Part shown: piece by piece, positions 50,201 through 61,977 of the stretch
How positions within the stretch are numbered: position 1 is the first letter of the stretch
How the letters are laid out: the number at the start of each line of letters is the position of its first letter
Source of the DNA: Amphiscolops sp. MND2022
Taxonomy: Eukaryota
Reading direction: 5' to 3'
Assembly (NCBI GenBank): GCA_964187785.1
Contig: OZ076409.1
Span: forward strand, 34,722,001 to 34,786,000
Length of the DNA stretch: 64,000 bases
Position numbers and translations under genes: made by a program
Notes under the pieces: model-generated
The model's input: only the letters and a program-made list of their open reading frames with translations
Database searches by the model: none
What the model was told of the DNA's origin: nothing

Positions 50201-53200
50201 TTATGTAGAAATTGCGGTTTGAGGTTTGAAATCCAGTGTCTTTAGCATTTTGATACCCTACTGTATTTAGCTGTTTCAGTATTTTCTCCCCGTTTGGGTA
50301 AACTTGATTAGTGACGCTGTGTATTCAATGAACAAAACGAAGACTTGATCATTTTAAAGTATGTTCTATAATACCCTGAGAACAAAGTGTATTTCAGAAG
50401 CGCCTTTGTGTAGCTTGGCACAATCGTTGATATGAAAATTCGATTGTTGGATTCAATCATATGAATATTTAGTGATGTATGGGGGACATTCTCCCTACGG
50501 ACGCATGGCTCCCTCGCAACCACCCGCCCACTCTCCATACGGGGCACCTCCCCCACACGCCACCACTATGGGTCAGTTTTCGCCGAACTTTGGAATGACG
50601 TCACCCATTGGAGGTAGCACCGTCATCCAAGCCGGAATGAATCCTTACATGGTGGTAAGTATCAATGCTGTAAAATAACACATTCACTGTCAAATTGTTG
50701 TTACTTTTAGTCCTTGTTATAAGAGCGATGGCCCTTAGCAACATAATTCATTATAGTGTCTGATAAAAATCACGACATGGTCGTAAGTGACGCCATTATA
50801 TACATTTGAATGATTGAACGTTTAAATTTCCAATACTCTGAATTCAACAGTAATAACCAGCGGTATTTGTTAACTCGATGGGTTTCACTTATTTTCACTT
50901 TCACAATATTGACTTTGTTGCGTCGGACTTGGTTTTTGAAATTTTTCTCAAACATGTCCTCTGTTGCAGCCTCCTCAAATGAACAAGCCTCCTCCCCCTC
51001 CACAGGCGCAGATGATGCAGCAACACTCGCCCATTGCCATTGCCGCCCCTCAGCACCCCCAGACAACGGCTGTGGTCAACTCAGGACTCACCACCAAGGA
51101 CTTTCTACCCTCTCTTCAACATAGTCAAGTGAGTACCTATTCAAGCTATGAATCCCCCACCCCCACCCACCCTTCTCTTGAATACTGTAAATCTTTTGAT
51201 GTAATGCGCACCTTTCTCATTCATCACAGTTTCACTCTTTGTGACGCGATCGGTGATGGTCTTATTGTTGGGTGTAGAATTGGAATCGCTTTGAATTTTA
51301 ATTTTTCCTTTTGTAGGCATGGAAATGTCTTGAAGCATTTTTGTTTATGCTCTTTTGATCACACTCGGCGATGCTTTTCAATTTCCGTTCATATTTCAAC
51401 TCTAAAGAATTCGATTCTGTTGAAATATTCTCTCGAGACGCACAAAGAACTTCAGTCTTTATTTCAAACCAACTTGAGATATGCGTGGCATGAGGAGCAG
51501 AGTGAATGAATCGGGCCCCTCAAGACTTTTGATACTGATTTTATTGAAGAACCGTTTGCGCTGAATTATAATGCAGAAATCTGCGTAGCAACTGGAAAAT
51601 AAATTGAATTTACCCAATTTGAAATCGATTGCCTTAAGCTGTGAATAATTGCCATGTCAAAATGCCTATTTTTGTATTCATATGAGTGATCGAAATACTT
51701 GGTGTTGATTTTGCTGAAGTGATGTTTTGCGCTATTTTAGCGAAAGCGTAAAAAGTCAAAACGTCATGGACAGGTAGTTAACTGAAGCTAAAAACTCATT
51801 CTATCTAGAAATTCTGTTGGCATTCACTGGAAGGTGCTCTTATTTCGCTATCGCTTTTCGAAAACTTGAAAAATATTTTAGCCCCAAATGGTAGTGAACG
51901 CAGATGTGTCTGGAGGCGCTGTAGGCCTGGCAGCAACACATAATGCAGCCGGGCCTCCCAAGGAGACAATCATCGGTGTCACCCAGAGACCAGGTGCGGG
52001 TGGTAACAGTGTGGTAGTGGTTGCGGAAAGAGCTCCTCCTCCCCATATGGCCACTTCTGCTAACCCCAATCAGCAGCAGTTTCAACAAACAGGGTCAAAA
52101 ATGGTTGCTACCACTCAATCTAGCCAAGCTGCTAAAGGTTGGTGCTATGGTTACAAGATTGTTTTCGATTTCTAACAATGCAGGATTTTAATGGTCTGTT
52201 TCTTTCCTTTCTGTGCAATATTGTACTATATAAGTCACGGTGTAACAATGCAATAATTGATGAGTGAAATATGTTTAATTTGAACTGCAGCAACATTCGG
52301 AGAAATAGACTCATCGTCAATGCATTCAAATCTCGCCCATGCCAGAAAACACCAAGAGCAAATGCTTAACTCAGGTGGTAGCTCCTCTCAGGTAACTGCT
52401 CTTGGTGTTAAAAAATACATCCATACTTCTGGAGCTGTTGCCACCGCCACTAACTCCATGAGCCCCACCGCTGCCGCTACTACTACCAAAGAAAGTAACG
52501 CAAGGCTTGGTTCCTCCCTTGTGACGAAAAAGCCAGAACCAATTGTTATTACCACCACTAAGGATAACTCAAAAGTAGTAACGCCAACTCAACCTAAAAC
52601 AAGTGTGCAAAGCAGCTCCAACCCAAACTCGTTCGCCCAAAATCACAACACTGACACTATCACCAGTCCAAGCTTCAGTTACATGCAGGAGTTTTTTCCT
52701 GAGGTCACGAAAAGCATGCTGAAAATCCCATCTTCCAGACCTCAAAGTTCGACTCCAAACGCTAGTACAGTGTCAGACGCATCATCCGCAGTAAAAAGTG
52801 CCGCTGCTCCCGCTACTTGTGTGACTAATACATGCATAAATGAGAACCAAATTTTTCTCAGTCGAGAGCGTGTCGAACCCCCCGATAGGCGCTTTTCTGC
52901 TGGAGCAAGTTCATCGTCAGCGTCTGCTTCATACACTGTAGCTTCAGTTTCGTCCAACAAAGGTTTAAACAGCAATCATTCAGTTGAAGTACATGTATAG
53001 CTGAGCCACTCCAATGCTAGATTAAATCACATTTGCTCGTCTGAGCAGAACCAACTCTGGGCATGAACAGTGAAGCAAGCATGGCTCTGCATGATTAGCT
53101 TTAATACGTTTCACTTTACGGTAGCAAGTGCAAATTTTCAATGGAGTTCAATCAATTGGAACAATGATTATAATCGCACGTACTTTTAGTTCAAAGTTCA

Positions 53201-56200
53201 CATGCTCACTAATTGATCAGCTGCAAATTGTTCATTTTTGACATTTCCTCAGCTTAGGGTTCTCCCCATTCATTTATCGAATTTGAGCGTGGGGGCAAAA
53301 TGATAATGAATTTCAGTGGTGCCAAAGTTTGAGGAAAAATTTTTAGCAGAACGGAAAACCATCATTTTTTTGGTAAGGGGGTTTAGTCTTTCCAGTTTCC
53401 TCTCTACACGTGAATTAAAGAGAGTAGGTTGTGTCCCCGTAATTTGCTAAAGGCAATTTTTAGTAAGATGACGTCAGCTGGTTTGGATTTTTAACCAAAA
53501 GTTTTCATGTCAAAAACGTGTGGGTAGTAACCGGAAAAACTTTTGCAGAGACTATTTTGCCTGGCGTTGACCATTAGCAATTGTCAAAATAAAATAGATG
53601 GAAACTATTTTGGGGGTAGTAAGTTTCTCAGTGTCTTTCGGGCAGTGTCTTTCGATATTTTAGTAGTAGTGTATGGCTTTTATTACTACAAAAATGTTCG
53701 CTAGAAATGATTTTGCTTTTGAAAAAATAGGAAGCCTCAGAAATAAAGTTCAGAAATGTCGAATTTTTCAGACCAGCGCAATGGCAGAGGTTGAGAATTT
53801 CGAAGTTCTTTGTTTTTCCCTGTTTTTGGATGTGAGCGTACATGGTAGTAAGTGAATATTAACGTGGGAAGGTAAGCTGAAATCAGTCCACTTGGCTTTC
53901 AAAATATTCCAAAATGTTGCGTTTAAACAAAGGGGATACCAAGATACTGAATGCAGTACATCCTATCTGGAAATTATTATGCCAATCTGATGCATTGACG
54001 CTTACTGCTTGGGGATTCGATGTTTTCAGAATATTGAATGCATGGTGGAAAATCTTTTAGTTTACGTTGTGATTCAGTTCTACTTCTGCGTGGAAGCTTT
54101 TTCGAGCCACCTTTTTAAGTATTTGAATAAATGCAAAGTATGTCAACTCAAACAAAGCTTTTGAAATCATCATTTCATTTCTTTGCGGAGAATGGTCATA
54201 ATTGAAAAATGGGTTCAGCCATGTAAAGGGTGATGAATTTGAAAAACTTCTTACAATTAATGTCGGATTAAGAGCTAATTTTCTGTGACTCTTTAATGAG
54301 CTTACCGAAAGTAAGATTTTAGGAGCAGCAAATTATTCAATTGATAGAACAAGCGCTTTAGTTGTACCTGGAATGCCAATTTGTCTTTGTTATAGAATGC
54401 ATCAGCAAGTTTTTTTCAAGTAATTGACTTCCAGTCGAAGGTCTTTATTATTTTTCAGGTGGAGGAATCTCCTTGAATCATTCGTCTACCGAAATTTTGA
54501 TCTCAAACGCCGTGTTGGGACCAGGCAACATAAAAAGCCACCAGACCCAAAAACCATTTGCGCCCACAACAGTCACTGGGGGCTTACCTAAAACTGTTGG
54601 ATCTACTAGTAAGTCGTCAGCTATCGGCAGTGCCACACAACAACACGTTGAGTCAAATGGCAACAATAGCGGTCTGCAGTTCCATCCCAATGGTATGAAC
54701 CCTGTTACAAGCGCAGGGTTCGTGTCTGTTAACATCAGTCCGAACTCTGCGATGAACATTTCAGCGACTGTTGATGGCCGGTCTAAGCTACAGCACATAT
54801 CTCGTAGCGTGAGTGTAACTAATGCTGTGGCCTCCATGTCATTTGCCTCAATTGAAGACGACCTGATCACAGAATCTTCATCCATGCCTCCTGCTTCACC
54901 GGCTCCTTCAGCGGGCTCTGTCAAGCAGAATCAAACCAACCTTAGTTCAGAGTTGCTTCCAGAAGAAAATGTGACTAGATACGATGACTTAAATTTAGGA
55001 GACTTTGACTCAGCCACCAGACGGCTACTTACTGACGTAGTTCAAGAATTTGAGAAAAGCAGAGGAAAGGGAGAATTGAATGACGTAAGCGCTGAAACTA
55101 GTCGAATGAGTGCTTGCTCAACTCCAGTGAACCCTGGATCGTCCACTTCTCAGGATGCGGGTGGAATGAGTTCAAGTTTAATGGCCGATCGCATTGTCAC
55201 AGAAGTACGTATCCCTGGTAACAAAAGTAGTAGCGAACAAGTTGTACCTGAAACTGTTCTCGTGTCTAAAACAGTTCCAGTTATAAATACAAATACTGCT
55301 TCAACACAGGAAAAGAAAGAGAAAAAACGTAAAGATGGTTCGTCTGAAAAAAGCGGCAGATCTCGTGCTAATGCCGAGGATAAAAAGAAATCTGTGACTA
55401 CCAGTTCTGTTCCAAATGAAAGTATGTTGGCAATGAATAAAGTAGCCACCAATGGACCTTCATCGCTGGAAATGCTGCAAGACAACTCTTCCTGTAACTT
55501 CGGCTCCTCGTTCGGATCACAGTCGTCATCTAGTTTCTCTTCAGAACTTTTCGGAGCATCTCACTCGGAAAACGAACTCTTCAATCAGTTCGGAAATGGA
55601 CCGCTTCTATTCACTGGTCCTCATGATTTCGATACCATGCCCAACTGTTCTCGACCAGATCAGAATGCCTTCGGTGGAAACAATACAGCCAGTGGTCTCA
55701 TGAAGATAGACCCAAAAAGTGTTGAAACTGATGAACAGTGCAAAAAACTGTTGGATCAAATTCTGGAAAGCGACGTTACAGCAGCCTCGGCGGATTTCAA
55801 CTTGATTCCCAGTTGTAATGTAACTAGCATCAACCGGACCATGTCTCAGCCTGCCGTGTTTGTAACTTCTGACAACCACCAGTTGAATTCTATTCATGGC
55901 ATCACTGAATCATTGGGCATCTCTGAGATGGACATGAATCTTCTTCAACAGTCCATGGACATGGCACAAGCTTCCACTTCAAATAGCAATAGTATTAATA
56001 TGAACAATATAAGCAGCAACAATGCTGTTAGTAATAGTATAGTAATATCTGCCGCCGCTGCTGCCCCCAAGCCCCGAAAGAGGTCTAAGAGCAACACCAG
56101 TGCTGCCCTGAATTCTGGTTCCAAGATGTTGGGTGAGCCTCCTGCCAAACATAGCATGCAGGCCCAGAAAACAACCTTTTCTGTAAATTCTTATAAAAAC

Positions 56201-58523
56201 AGCACCACTCCGCCTGTGGCTAATGCCGACACTGCTAATGCTACACTCTCTAACGACGAAACTTTACTGAGGAACAACAACAACAATAATAATAAGCCTA
56301 ATTCTGAATCTACTTTTTGCAGCACCAAATTCGAAAGTGTTATTGACAAAGTTCTTTCCGATAAAAAGGGATACAAATCAATTTACTTGGTCGAGGACCA
56401 AGACAATTCTAGCTTGAGTTCAACTCTACCTTTGGATTTCTTGGACGACAGAACTTTATCTGGAAGCATGGATGTGAATTCTAATACAGCAGTTGTTAGT
56501 CGAAAAAATTCTGGGGCCTTGCCTAACGAAGCATCTCTATCTTTGCCGCCGCCACCTAACACCACTGGATTCACCTCGGATGACATGAACTTGGTCAGTG
56601 GAAGGTCAGATTACATGACCTATGGGGTTGGCAACTCAATGCCTCCAAATGGCGCCACTGGCACGTCTTCGAACAATCAATCCATAGTCGTGGATCATCA
56701 GTACATCAAACAGGCAGAGCAACAAAGACATCTCTCGTCTGAGCAGCAACTGCAAGGTGGCAACAAAGTGGTTGTTACTGCCGCCGGGCCCAGCACGGGA
56801 ACAGCCAGTGCCAACATGATGCAACAACAAAGTGTCTTCAGTAGTTCTCCAGCTCATGGTCTGGAAGTACAGTCCAAATATCAGCGTGCTTCGCCTGTCG
56901 CCAAAAATGACTTCATCGTATATCCTGCATCGCCTATCACTTCTAATTATGGTCAGTTACATGTTTACGTGTTTTGATAGTTCTCAATTTTTGGTCATGG
57001 ATCTGGAAAAACTCAACGATTCATTAAAATTAGTCCGTGAAATCCATTTCGTTTTCATTTGTTTAAGTCTGCTTTGTTGTAGGTATGAATGCTTCCCCTG
57101 GTGGGCGGATTGAAACTCATTCGGATATGGTCATGAAACGAGCCAGTGAGTATTTTGATTGTTGAGCCCCCAAATATATCCCTATTTTATCATCGGAACT
57201 GATCATGTATGGTATTTTCAAGAGTGCGGGTTTCTTCAAATTCTAAGTTCCGTTTATCCCTGAGAGTGATGACTATTAAACCAACCTTTGAAGATTTACA
57301 AGCTTGCCCATAGAGTGCTTTTCCTCCACGTCATTATGCCGTGTTGGGTTGGGTGTTCTAAAAATTTGTCGTCTTGGAGCAGTGTTGGCAAGTTCTAGGC
57401 ACGTAATGTCGAGTAACGTGTTGGCAAGTATTTTTTGAAAGTCTTCATGTGATGTACGACTTCCTAATATCGCTATTGCACGCTTGAGTAAATTTAATTT
57501 CTTATTGGTGTAAACTAGCCTAACATTTTCAATTGGTGCCGCGCTCTTTTCACGTATTGATATGATCTGTTCTTTTGGAGCCACGTAGCGTTTCTACCTA
57601 AAATCGGCGTGAAATTGACAAAACTGGTATTAACGTTTTTCGTTGCTAAACTTGTATTTGCCAACCCTGGTTTGAAGTATTAATGAAAATCAGTTTGAAT
57701 CAGTGTCTGTGTGGTCATGGTTTCTATGTGGTTCTGGTTTTGGATGGGTACTGTTTGTGCATTTATTGGTGAGAAGTTTCAATTGTTGCTCAAAAACACG
57801 GTAGACTGTAGGAATCGTTAGCATCTGTTCTACGTAGAAGTAACGTTCATTAGATGTTGCCGCCTATCATCATTCTCATTTAAGCTCATTAGTGTAATCA
57901 ACTTATTTTGTAATAGCCCAGAGCTCCCAAAAATGTATTCGTCATTATTTCTGACTTTCTCTAGATTTTTTCCAATGTTTTGAGTAATGGAATTTTACTC
58001 AAAGTAGACATCTACGCTATCTAGTAAAGTATTCATTCAAAGGACTAAAGTGTGAATATTAAGCCCATTTCAGCTGACTTTCATAATTTGACATGGCAAA
58101 GAGTAGCGCCGATGTTGCTTTTCTTAGTGTTAGACTGTTCTCTAGTGTTGTAAAAGGTGATGATATTTTTGCTGCTCAGTCTATGTACCTCATTTGACTA
58201 ATACAACCACTATTCCTGCCACTGTAGGCCCCCTATCTACTGCAGGCGGTGTTTTGCCAGGCGGTGGCCAGGGGGGTCACGTGACACATACGCATGTTGT
58301 CAACCACCCCTCGCCCATCGCCGCAGCACCCCGCATAGGCACCATGCCTCATCGCTTTTATGCCACAGCAGCCGCCGCCGCCGCTGTGCCTGTGGGTGCC
58401 ACTATTACCACAGGGTCTAGTGCAGTCGCGCCTGTGCCAGGACCTCCGCACAACCCCCTCCGTATTTCAGCCGCCGCCCCCTCCACCGCCATGTTCACAG
58501 CCTCCAACTTACACGATCCGTAA
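34771..58523 (+). CDS. Multi-exon host gene, NCOA6-like (N-terminal TRADD-N-like domain followed by long P/Q/S/N-rich disordered regions); 5' and 3' ends not resolved
   Basis: Phase-consistent AG/GT exon chain: (34771-34816, tentative), 39004-39181, 39335-39388, 39469-39594, 42801-42832, 42900-43026, 43263-43966, (44130-44156), 45343-45436, 50473-50654, 50970-51128, 51882-52137, 52291-52962, 54459-56951, 57083-57145, 58228-58519/58523. Confidence 0.8.
34928..34966 (+). repeat. (TGA)13 microsatellite, left flank of the tyrosine-recombinase element
   Basis: Direct reading. Confidence 0.98.
34967..38221 (-). mobile_element. Tyrosine-recombinase DNA element with short TIRs, inserted in (TGA)n (CryptonV-like)
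   Basis: Left end GGACGATTAGAGACTCTATGT versus right-end reverse complement GGACGATTAAAGACCCTGTGT (18/21). Both ends abut in-phase TGA repeats, and the element contains a YR gene. Confidence 0.85.
35574..37719 (-). CDS. Tyrosine recombinase with N-terminal zinc-finger-like motifs; ~714 aa if a single frameshift at ~36414-36422 is corrected
   Basis: ORF 36394-37719 has CTIC..HLDKMH, CVNC..H, IDNNCRLG (catalytic R), HEHKTG (K) and LLFPNKTG. ORF 35574-36413 has PNIIRKVWET (R) and GHSEATADRHY (H, Y). Confidence 0.85.
38222..38286 (+). repeat. (TGA)21 microsatellite, right flank of the tyrosine-recombinase element
   Basis: Direct reading. Confidence 0.98.
38512..38940 (-). mobile_element. DINE-1/HINE-like repeat
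   Basis: AACAAGTCGGGACCGGCCCAAGTCGGCGCC ... AGTCGACTCTTT..AAAACGCCGACTA. Confidence 0.75.
39004..39388 (+). CDS. Two exons encoding an NCOA6-type N-terminal domain
   Basis: Spliced peptide NTLSLRIKIPQTAAEKLEALARDSSNPLAKLGIARICVDGENTIEI resembles my recollection of NCOA6 [46 protein letters not shown]. Confidence 0.7.
41071..41569 (+). mobile_element. DINE-1/HINE-like repeat (intronic)
   Basis: TTTCAGTCGGCGTTTTC..AAAATCCCGACT ... ATGGCGCCGACTTGGGCCGTTCGCGCCTTGTT. Confidence 0.75.
41805..42692 (+). mobile_element. DINE-1/HINE-like repeat (intronic, long form)
   Basis: TTTAGTCAGCGCTTTT..AAAAGAGCCCGACT ... ATGGCGCCGACTTTAGACGTTCCCGTCTTGTT. Confidence 0.75.
46645..46862 (+). repeat. tRNA-like segment (Pol III A and B boxes) with a ~100-bp partial tandem duplication; not a functional tRNA
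   Basis: TGGTCTAGTGGTAAG...GGTTCGAACCC; no acceptor stem; the B-box half is repeated at 46763-46862. Confidence 0.6.
47108..48321 (+). repeat. Three-unit tandem array (408, 403 and 403 bp)
   Basis: Units begin AAGTTGCATGTAGAAGGGGTGCG at 47108, 47516 and 47919. Confidence 0.97.
48626..49321 (+). CDS. Apurinic-type (EEP) endonuclease exon of Helentron type, probably inactive
   Basis: Acceptor TTTTTTCGTTACAG|, then VTLEMDRLR, FQNVQSL, IFCETWL, GGFVIF, VHRRP, IVMGDFNVNL, TLLDHVY, SFHEPI, stop. No RT follows. Confidence 0.8.
   Translation, partial: VTLEMDRLRQEAVFPTLQSLSKCCKIRLLFQNVQSLRKIFCIATKQPFFDTATFNIFCETWLMSSDTLPSTFNDMFITRLDFPTCDSNQRHRGGFVIFSKVRLDITSEVTNNVQIACFEFMNLLFIFVHRRPSETPISLFKECLSQKFRQQKKPTIVMGDFNVNLKCDNSSFLRFMGSEGFHCLIDDTTTKEHTLLDHVYCNESNLLHKLNCFVAYNVYSFHEPIVLEVCD
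54459..56951 (+). CDS. 2.5-kb internal exon of the host gene (S/N/T-rich, basic NLS-like patches)
   Basis: 834-aa ORF bounded by TTTTTCAG| and |GTCAGT, phase 1 at both ends; contains KKEKKRK and KPRKRSK. Confidence 0.88.
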
Positions 58524-60417
58524 GTATCGACAAGGCACCAGCAGCTCTCACTGTACAGTATAAAAGAAGTTTTCCTGTCTTTTCCCCAAAACAGTTGTCA
58601 TTCGAAAGGTCGTCATTATCAAAATTTGACTTGGTATCAGTGGAGTACATCGCCGAAATTGGGTTTGTGCTTCTTTTACTCCTAATGTCGAAAACTTCCG
58701 TCATACTGTATATTTGACCAGCTCTCCACGATATCTCGGCATAACAGCAAACACGGTATTAAGTTCTTTTGAAATATCTTTCAGTACAGCCAGGATTGTG
58801 TATACTACGTCTCTATATAGGTATAATTCGAATACAGTTATCTATAATAATTACTGATCGGAAATACATACCTGAATCAAACGTCATATTGTGAGTACAA
58901 GAAAACCGGATAACTTTGACAAGCTTCACTATAGTCCGTCTTGACTGTAGTACGAAACTTGATTGCGTTTTTGTAATTCACGGTACTGAATGCATTCTGA
59001 AGTAACAAGAAATACTTGATGCCAGCCTTAGCTATAGCCGAGATACCCAGGAATGCTGATGTCTCCTCGTCTCCCGGGGTGCGGGAGAACGTTGCGAACC
59101 TGTATTGAATGAAGCCTCGATTGAAGCACTTTCAAATTTTGACCCCTTGCAATTGCTTGGCTATGCGATTTTAACTGTACCCGCTGTCCGTGTCAAACAA
59201 TCTTCTGAAGATCCCACCAATTATGCATGGCGGTTGTTCACCTTTCGATGTTTTAATGGAACTTGTAATTCGTCTGCATTAATGAGAATTTTATTCAACT
59301 GTGTCAAACGTGAAATCTGTATATATAATTCCTGCCAATTTTTCTACGCCATGAAAGCTATTTAGGAGAAATTCATCGAGTTCGTCAAATTTAGCGAGAC
59401 AATTTTTTTGAAAAGGAAAAAACAGATTATTGGGCGATCAATTATTTTTTTGTCTAAAAATTCAGGAAACAGAGGGCTCACACCTACCCATTATTTAGAA
59501 AAATCTGATGTGTATGTTGAATTTGTAATCAATACTGAAAAGAGTAAAGTACTTCAACGTTCAATGGTGACATTTTCTATTGGTACGAATTCTTTTCGTC
59601 AGAATTGATGCCATTTGGTCGATTTTCAATCAAAATATAGTGATTGAGAAAGTTGATTGAAATTTCATTGTATAACAATGTTTTTAATGATTTATTCTTT
59701 GAATCCCCATGAAAGCCTTTATTGCTGCTGCCGTATTCTCAATTACCCTGCATCCACATTTTTTTAGTCGAGGCTTTTTTCACAAAATGAAAATAATGCT
59801 CAGCAAGTTGTTAACGTGCTCTGTAATTTGACTTGTAATTGACGATCGATTTTCATCTTTCAAAATGGGAAATTATTTTGACAATCAACTCCATTGCTCT
59901 TGGCCAAATTGATGCCAATTTACAGAAAGTGCTTGAATTGCTTGGTTTTTAATTTTGTTTCTGCTATTGTAACGTTTTTGCCGTTAGTGTGTGTGCATGT
60001 CAACCTTTTTGTATCCACATTTCTCCGTATCTCAATGCTCAAGCTTGAGTTTGAAGCTCTAATTAACCGATTTTGTATGAAGAACCGCCACGGAAAAGTA
60101 TTCGCATAATTTTGTTTCTGGTAGAATTAACTACTATCATACAGGTCACGCATGATGGCAGAGTTCCAATTGATTACGGAAAACGAACAGCCCAAGTCGG
60201 CGCCCCGATTGATGCACAAAAAGCAATAAGTAGTTCAAGTCGCCTTTCGGCACAAGAAAGGCTATTTCCTTACAAAATATCCAACAATTGAGTTGGGCTT
60301 CATGTGTTGCATGCCCTGAAAAACCAGAAACGGCATAATTCAGCGCCCTGTTTAATGCTCAAAATTACTGCGAAGATTTAAGGAACTTTCCGAATAATTC
60401 TCGATATCACAGAGTAA

Positions 60418-60892
60418 AACAAGCCGGGACCTGCCCAAGTCGGCGTCATATCTAAGGCTCAAAATAGCAGAAGGACTTCAAAGTGTCAAAGTATTCTCTT
60501 CTACAGCACCCGAAAAAGTTTTTTGAAGAAGTTTCACAATGCCGAAAAACTGAAGGGGACCATTTGGGATTTTTCAACATTCATTCTGTCGCAAAACTCT
60601 AAAAAAAGAAGGGACCCTTTGGGGATAATTTTTTTTCAAAAAAATGTTCCACAACGCCGAAAAAACTCAAAGGTGGGACGCTTTTGTCTCGCCCGGTATT
60701 GTATGTTACGCGGAAAAAAAGAAAAAACCCTTTTGGTTTAGTTCCCTGGGCCAACAGGTACATTTTGGGGGCACCTTAAATTTTTGTAGAACTTTTGGTA
60801 GAACTATTTTGGTCACTTCAGGTGTATCGAAAAAAACACTGACGAAAAGCCATGACTATAGTCGACACTTTTCTCAAGAAAGCGCCGTCTAA
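60418..60892 (-). mobile_element. DINE-1/HINE-like repeat (duplicated at 63368-63845)
   Basis: AACAAGCCGGGACCTGCCCAAGTCGGCGTC ... AGTCGACACTTT..AAAGCGCCGTCTAA. Confidence 0.75.
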
Positions 60893-61670
60893 AAAAACCA
60901 AGGAGAGACTCTTGGGGCTGAAGACTTTTTTAACGTCGACAGTACATCAAGAAATCGAAAATTGACACAATTTTTTCAAAGCTTCATTTCCCTACGAATA
61001 GTAGCTGCAGCTCAAATCGGTTTTCTGTTCATGAAAGCCTTCTACTTAAGCTTTCAAATGCACACTAATTACGCTGAGAATTGGCGCCACTTGTTTGTGT
61101 GAGAGCCACCCTGGCGGCGAGTGAACGCTTTGCAGGGCCTTTCAAATGTCGATCGAACTCATAACTGAAGCTTCAATGATGAAACTTCCATATGCATTTC
61201 CAATGGTGGCCTACTGTCTCCTAATGACAAGGACAGTAGCTTAGTAAACAGTTGCCCAGTAGTTGAGAAATGGCCAATTTTGTGGAATGTTTTTTTGCAA
61301 ATTTTTTCCAGTTATTTTGCCGGCGGCTGGGAAAGAAAATATATGACACAAATAACAACTCACATCAGTTAGTCCAGTAGGTTGTCGATAAGAAAAACAA
61401 ATTATCTTTTTCCTACGTTTTTGTGTTTCGTAATTTTTTATTGATTGCGAAAAGACGCTGTCCTCATGTGAGGACGAAATCACTGTCGAGGTTAAACTGA
61501 GAACGTCAGAAAACTAAAAAGGGGAATCTTGTGAAATCTAAAATTTTTCAACTACCAAAACTGAACCTACAGCTAAAACTGCTAAAATGGGAGAGGGACC
61601 CAAGTTTAACGAGAGGACCTTTTGAGTTTTTTTGGCATGCGGCATGTTAATGGTCACTTCGAACGGGGCG

Positions 61671-61977
61671 TTTTTAGTCGGCTCTTTATCCTTTTAAGGA
61701 AAAATGCCCGACTATAGGAGTGACCTTTTTAGTCGGCGCTTTTCTGGGGAAAAGTGCCCGACTCTTACAGTGGCTAGTTTTTTTTCGTCAGACTACCATC
61801 TCACTCTGATTGGGCCACTTTTCTTACAATCGAAACTACTAAAACTACTAGCATAAGAGGCCAAGTCCGGTCAGCTGAAATTAGTGCAAAAGCGTCCCCC
61901 CTTTAATTTTTTACTTTTTTACCGTAACCTACAAAACCGGACGAGACTAAAGAGTCCCCCTTTTGATTTTTTTTCGA
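61671..61977 (+). mobile_element. Truncated HINE-like repeat with a doubled 5' end
   Basis: Two consecutive TTTTTAGTCGG..GCCCGACT hairpin ends; cut off at the duplication junction. Confidence 0.65.
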
